Origin: Octopus bimaculoides
Taxonomy: Eukaryota
Length of the DNA stretch: 44,239 nucleotides
Direction: 5' to 3'
Assembly: GCF_001194135.2 (NCBI RefSeq)
Contig: NC_068982.1
Span: 36,593,298-36,637,536 of the forward strand
Shown here one piece after another: positions 38,222-44,239 of this stretch (position 1 is the first letter of the stretch; every line of letters starts with the position of its first letter). The notes beneath the pieces are model-generated. The model was not told the origin of the DNA. It made no database searches and was given only the letters and a program-made list of their open reading frames with translations. The translations under genes and the position numbers were made by a program.

Positions 38222-38250
38222 TGTTTTCAGCAGAAAGTAACAACGTTTTT
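38222..38250 (+). CDS. Candidate small exon 5
   Basis: TATTGTTCAG acceptor; donor GTACGT, or GTGAGC 8 nt later. Reads (L)FSAESNNVF, phase-compatible. Confidence 0.18.
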
Positions 38251-39164
38251 GTACGTTAGTGAGCCATAAACACAAAATCATATGGTTGCCTGCTTTTGTG
38301 TCTACCAGGAGTATAGTCAAATAAAATTGTGTCTACTAAAGCATACTCACAGGCTCAAAGGGTTAGGAAATAACATAGTAAATATAAGTATTAAGTGCTA
38401 TACTATCAAAAGAACATTAGAAAACATTCTATTTTACTTTAGGCTAATATTTTGGTTGCATAAGCCCATTCTAATTATTCTGAATTTTCTGTGATTTAAT
38501 GTTGCTGCCACTATTTATTTCTTATTTTCTTTTATTTATAAATAAGGAGACAAAAAACAATAGAATAATCAATTCTTGATTTCAAGAACATTCATTTATG
38601 TTCATCAAGGCTGTTTTCTACTATGGCTACTTTTTGTTTCCTCTGGTTATGTAATGAGTAATCCAAAATATATATTCTTGTTGAATTTAATAGAGCATTT
38701 TGTATTTTCTGGAAAAGTACCAGCTGAACAAGGTAATGTAATGATTTTTTTCATATCACTTGAGTAAAAAACTGTATAATATTGAACACTGAATGCAGTC
38801 ATTTTAAAATAGATATTTGAACAATCAACATATAATAAAGTATATCTTAAAATAAAAGTTAAAGTTATGACAAACTGAGGCATTGAAACAGTTTTAATTC
38901 CTACTCAAATCAATTATCTCACTAATACCCTTAGGGAAACCTAAATATAATATTTTCCATGCTTCATTGCTTTAATATAAGGCCTTTCTGCCTTACAAAA
39001 AAAGAAATTGATATTTAATGAGTTAGTAAGTGCTGCAGAGAAAGAGGAAATCAAATGAATGGATCTGTGGATAGAAAAATTAAAATTTTAAATGAAATTT
39101 AGCTATGCTTTTTCAATTACTTTCTTTCGTGTCTTTTCTGTTGAAATACATAAATAACACAGCA

Positions 39165-39523
39165 GGTATGGGTATATATTTCAGAAATTTGGTTCACAAC
39201 TACATGGTTTCAGGTTCAGTTACACCATGTAACACCTTTGGCACGAGTCTTCAACCATAACTCCAGACCAATTGATGCCATGTGAAAGAATTTTGTTTAC
39301 AGAGACTGTGCAGAAGCCTGTTATATGTATAAGCTAAGGTCAGATGGGGTGTGAAGTTGGGGTATTTCCAGAGAAGCACTCGACCCAAATACTGGGCTAT
39401 CAACATTGTCGGGTTCCAAGCCAAAGCTGGAATTCTTCAGGTGTAGAAAATTCAAATTACACAATGATTGTACCGTCAAATGGGTTTGGTGATATATATA
39501 TAGATTAGAGAGAAAGAGGGAGA

Positions 39524-39581
<58 letters not shown>

Positions 39582-39850
39582 AAGAGAGAGAGAGAGAGAG
39601 AGAGAAATAAAGAGAGAGAGAGAGAGAGAGAGAAATAAAGAGAGAGAGATTTAGGTATGTGAGTGTATGCATCTTTGTCCCTGACCACTTGACAACTAGT
39701 GTCAGAGTGTGTCTCTGTAACTTAGTGGTTTAGCAAAAGATGGGAGATAAAATAAGTACCAGACAAAACATCGGGGTCAATATAATCATCTAAAACTCTT
39801 GAAGGTAATGCACTCCATCATGAGTGCAACTCAATGAGTGTAACCAGTAG
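39165..39850 (+). mobile_element. SINE family A, degraded, interrupted by a unique insert and (GA)n
   Basis: Head 39165-39330 (GGTTCAGTTAC..CCTTTGGCACGAGTCTTC..AGAAGCCTG) and tail 39660-39850 (TTTGTCCC..CCACTTGACAAC..GATAAAATAAGTACCAG). Confidence 0.7.
39520..39648. repeat. (GA)n microsatellite with AAATAA interruptions
   Basis: GA runs. Confidence 0.95.
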
Positions 39851-40165
39851 AAAAATAATAACTTTACTTCTTGGTTGAGGGCAGCATAAAAGTTCCACTA
39901 TATACCATGCATTAAAAATGTATGAATATATAAGATTGTAAGAAGCAAACAAAGAAACTTGTTTCATAAAAATTTTATTCTTAAGAACCTATTTCTGAAA
40001 TATGCATGTAATATCAGTAGCTCTTTGTTATGTTATAAACTGGAAGAAGAAAGAAGGTAATAACTAAATATTTTTTACTGAATAAATGTCTTCAATTTCT
40101 TTGAAAAGTCATATCTATGTAACACATAACGACTATTACATTGCAACTGTTAAGTCATAAATATA

Positions 40166-41175
40166 CAGGGTCTTGCAAAAGGACTTTTAATGCAGTGTGG
40201 CAACCAGACAGCACAACATACTCATGGTTGCAGTGCTCTGGATAAGTAATCTTGGCCTTCAGTCTAATAATAGCTACATCATGCCACCCCACTTAGTCTT
40301 CAATCTATATGTGCTTGAGTTCTTGAGTGAATGTATATTTAGTGTGCTTGGCAATATGTTGGAAGCTGGACAATGAAGGGTTTGGAAGAGCAACATGTTT
40401 GTGCGAAAAACTTTAATAGCGAGTTTTCAAATGCTGCAACAGGACTATGGGAAGGATTGGTTGAACCATATATGATGTCATGAGTGGTGTCAGTGTGTCC
40501 AAACCTGAACAATCTTCCACAACAATGAGCAATAATCACTGTGAAAGGGTATGCTGTAGTGTATAAAAATCATCACCTGATTGTCTGTGAAGTTTTTAAA
40601 AAAACCAAGCATCTGTAGAAGTTTGTGCCACATGGTTTTAAAAGAAAACTTCAAGATGCATTATGTTGCTGGAAAATTTGTGCCACATCTGCTGAAAGCG
40701 GAACAAAAAAAAAAAGAACCAAGTCAGTCACTCTGGAAGTGCTTGATCATGTCAATGCTGATAAATTCTGGAGCATGGACAAATGAACCTTGGATACTGT
40801 ACCATGACAATGTACCTGCTTATATATCTCTCCTTATTCATGACATGACTTTTTGGCAAAGCACAAGACAACACTCGTCCTCTGTTTGCTCTATTTTCTG
40901 GATTTGGCCCTATAGACTTTATCTTTATTTTCAGATTTTAGATATTCTCTGAAAAGTCACATTTTTGGAGATGATAGAAGTTGAAAAAATTGCCATGGGA
41001 ATGGTACACTACTGAAAACACATTCAAAGATATGTTCCAACATTTAAAAAAAATAAATGGAAGCAGTGTATCAACTGTGGAGAGAACTATTTTGAAGAAG
41101 TCGAACTTTGTTGAATCGTAAGGAAAGCAATACATTTCTTTTTTAAAAGTCCATCTTCTTTTTGAACAGACCTTG
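40166..41175 (+). mobile_element. Mariner (DD34D-type) transposon, degraded, both ends present
   Basis: TA|CAGGGTCTTGCAAAA.. and ..TTTTGAACAGACCTTG|TA termini. Remnants: KMHYVAGKFVPHLL (WVPxxL-like), WILYHDNVPAY (HDNA) and YFLDLA-IDF (YSPDLAPxD). Confidence 0.85.
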
Positions 41176-41989
41176 TATATTAAAATGTTATCTTTTCAGC
41201 GAAAAGTGAAAAAATACCATGTTTTGTAAACAAACCTAAACACTATATACTCTACTACACTAGTTATTGGTGAGTGGATCTAGCTCAAACAGCTGTTTAG
41301 ACATTCTGCACTTAACCAGTCTGTAAACAAAGATTAGTTGTTAATATTCTAAGCTTCTTGGTAATAAGGCTGATATTCCTTACTTCAGTTAAATATCTCT
41401 GTTTCCAAGCTTGAATGAAGAAATGTTTTCTTACATAGGAAACGCTTCATTATGCTTGTATTTGTTGTGAGATATATCGATATAGTTGAAACACATTCTT
41501 GTTCTGAAAGGAGTTATCACCTATCAAGATGACACTAAATATGAGGAATGTGCCCAATAAACATCCTAATTATCTACTTATTAACTTCAAACCATTTAAT
41601 TTCATTCTGTATCTTATATCACATCTTTTTATAGAGACCACGGCTGTTGTTTATCTCAAGTTTCTTTAAATAGCATGCATTATTATATTGTGTTATTCAG
41701 AGCATGGATATGATTTAATAGCTTTGATCTGATTGTAAACTATTCCATGCCACTATGAGAATTATCTAATTTCAGTTATTTTGACTAATTGCCATTTAAG
41801 ATGCTGGAAAATGTAGCAGAAATTATTCTAGGATTAATGGTAATGCATAAAATAATTATGTATGTTTCAACGGTTGTATAACTACCCAGCTTGACATAGG
41901 AAGCAATTTAGTTCCAACTACCCAGCTTGACTTAGGGAGCAATTTAGTTTCACTTTATTTCGCACTGATGTTATTGTGCCTGATCAACA

Positions 41990-42945
41990 GAGTTAATATT
42001 TCTCATGAAAAGCAGTATTTCAAAAGCTGCAAAGGAAACATGTGCAAAGAAGGCATTCCAGGGAGCTGATATTCTGGATAGGAAGGACTGGATGTAGGAG
42101 CTAGTACAAGGCCAGGTGGGGAGACACAATATGGGTAACAAGAGGAAGTGTGATGGACAAGGTGACAGTGCCTGACTTTAGAACACATAAAAACAGCCAG
42201 TTTCAAGATGCAGAGGTTTCTGAATTAGTGTTAGAAAAGGTATGTCTGTGGACCAAAGTTTGGAGCATATAGGTGATCGACTTCATGCCAATCAGTTGGG
42301 TAGATGTTTTTTTGGATGTGGCATAAAATGTCTGTGTTATTGTATCATCACTCTAGATGTAAGAGTAGAACTACAGTGTGGATTTTGCCTCTACATTATA
42401 GATGGTTAGTAGCTTATGGTTGGGATGAAGTAGTTTTTTACCCTGAAAAGAAAAGCTAGTTTTTGTAATGCAATATTTGCTATGTTAAGAATGTGCATTT
42501 GTCAGGAAAGATCTTCAGAGATGGTGGGGTGTAACAATTGTAGTAACATTGAAGACTCTAGTTGCATGTTGTTTCTGTTTTTAGTGTGATGTACAATATA
42601 TTTTCTTGATATGTGTAGTTATGTCTTTATGCTGTTGGAAACAACATTACAGATTTCTGTTCATAGAGTTAAGAACAGATTTGGAACAGGTATCTAGACT
42701 GCATTGAAATGATGCTTGGCTGTAGGAAATTGAGATATGAAGTATAGATATTTCTGTTGTTGGAGTTAAAAGAAAATAAGTTGCTGACATAAAGGAGGAA
42801 GAATATAGGGAAAATCAAACCTTAAAACACCTCAGAGTTGATAGAATGTGACTCAAAAAGAATCTCATCAGTACACATGATGATAGCATGATTTGACAGG
42901 AAGCCACTAATCCCAGAGAAATGGAGGTCATAAGCAAGTAGTTTA
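41990..42945 (-). mobile_element. CR1/L2-group LINE RT fragment
   Basis: SHSINSEVF*GLIFPIFFLLYVSNL (INSGVPQGS.L.P.LFLLYINDL), STL*FYSYI*..ILCHIQK (TLEY.SHIW..LDRIQK) and SAPWNAF. Confidence 0.7.
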
Positions 42946-44019
42946 ATGATATCAATAAATTCAGATGTCATGCATCTTGTGAAGTAACACAAAACTGTTT
43001 ATATAACTCACTAAATTAAATTAGATATACAATATAATTTATTTTAAGATCAATAAGGAAATAATGGCTTCTTTAGAATGATCTTAGATCAATCTAATAT
43101 TCTTATCCAGAAGCACAGTCATGATTTGTTTAATGTGATCAGTAAAAAAAGTTATAGAGCTAATCTTTCTCATTAGAAAGGTTGCAAAGATAATGCTATT
43201 TGTTATCAACCACGAAGATAACAGTTGTAATGATATTGTTCATTAGAAAGGTCACATCTCTCTTGATTTTCATCCACGAAGAAGTTTATAACCTTAAAAG
43301 ATTTACTGTTCAGAAAGATCTTACACTAATTAGAGGATTATGTGTTTGGAAAATATTTTACAGTTCAGAGATAAATTTGAAAATATAATCCTATACATTG
43401 AGATAATTTGAAAATAAATTGATTCTAAAATGCTATCAACCCAATAAAAATCTACATGCTCTTTTATGCTAATTTGCTTTCTTATTTGTAGTTTTCAAAC
43501 CTGAATGAACATCATATTTATCACATTTTATTTTAAATAAGGCAAAATAAACTAGAAATTGATATGTACAAGCTCAACATCATTGAACAATCTCTGAAAT
43601 TCATAGGGATGTGTCTCTTCCATATTATTAAACATACAATTTAACCACTTTAAATTGTAGCACTCCCTTTTCAATGGTTTTTCTCATGAATGAAAGGCAG
43701 GCTATCTCTTTTACCCGAAGTAATTGTAGAAATGTCTGATGAGAAACAAGATCCTGTTGATCAAATTTTGAAATCATGTGATAATGTTCTATCAAACTGC
43801 TTCATTCTGCAAGTGTATTTTGTCAATGAAAGAAGTTGCAGTTTGCTGCTCACAGTCCCAAATATTTCATGAGGTTAGTGCTTTTGTGTGGCTGTTCAAG
43901 TTAAATTTTAGCCCTCATTTCTAGCAAGTGTAGGTGCTATTTTGCATGCTCATTTATTAATATATATATATGTATATATATATATCTATATCTATATATC
44001 TATATCTATATATATATAT

Positions 44020-44239
44020 ATCATCATCATCATCGTTTAACGTCCGCTTTCCATGCTAGCATGGGTTGGACGATTTGACTGAGGACTGGTGAAACCGGAT
44101 GGCAACACCAGGCTCCAGTCTGATTTGGCAGAGTTTCTACAGCTGGATGCCCTTCCTAACGCCAACCACTCAGAGAGTGTAGTGGGTGCTTTTACGTGTC
44201 ACCCGCACGAAAACGGCCACGCTCGAAATGGTGTCTTTT
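44020..44239 (-). mobile_element. Young repeat matching the RTE 3' UTR, runs off the window
   Basis: (CAT)n-CGTTTAACGTCCGCTTTCCATGCTAGCATGGGTTGGACG..CAGCTGGATGCCCTTCCTAACGCC, with CpGs intact. Preceded by a (TA)/(TATC) array at 43960-44020. Confidence 0.8.

Noticed and set aside
43170-43290. Repeated TCATTAGAAAGGT..CCACGAAGA at ~65-70 bp spacing
   Set aside because: Only two decayed units with unequal spacing; not a CRISPR or functional array.
43690-43872. 60-aa protein-like ORF (MSDEKQDPVDQILKSC..)
   Set aside because: No recognisable motif, near the threshold length, and the downstream donor follows the stop.

Overview
AT-rich eukaryotic genomic DNA from a gapped scaffold with five N runs. 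The repeat families look like those of a coleoid cephalopod, most likely Octopus. That is an inference from my recognition of the SINE/LINE motifs, not a search result. The window is mostly decayed transposable elements and microsatellites. Retroelements: RTE, CR1/L2-group, R4/Dong-like and Penelope-like fragments, plus two tRNA-derived SINE families. DNA elements: Tc1, mariner and maT-like transposon remnants and two MITEs. No intact protein-coding gene can be supported. Most ORFs in the track are microsatellite translations, N-spanning artefacts or TE fragments. A chain of small candidate exons at 36.4-38.3 kb could encode a PH-domain-like stretch, but confidence is low. The most unusual signal is a Penelope 3' end that carries a tRNA-like Pol III module followed by a hammerhead-ribozyme core; a fainter version follows a second, older Penelope copy. 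Also notable: a ~220-bp near-palindromic MITE, tandem R4/Dong insertions in (TAA)n arrays, and several perfect fold-back inversions at breakpoints. No CRISPR, operon or other prokaryotic system is present.
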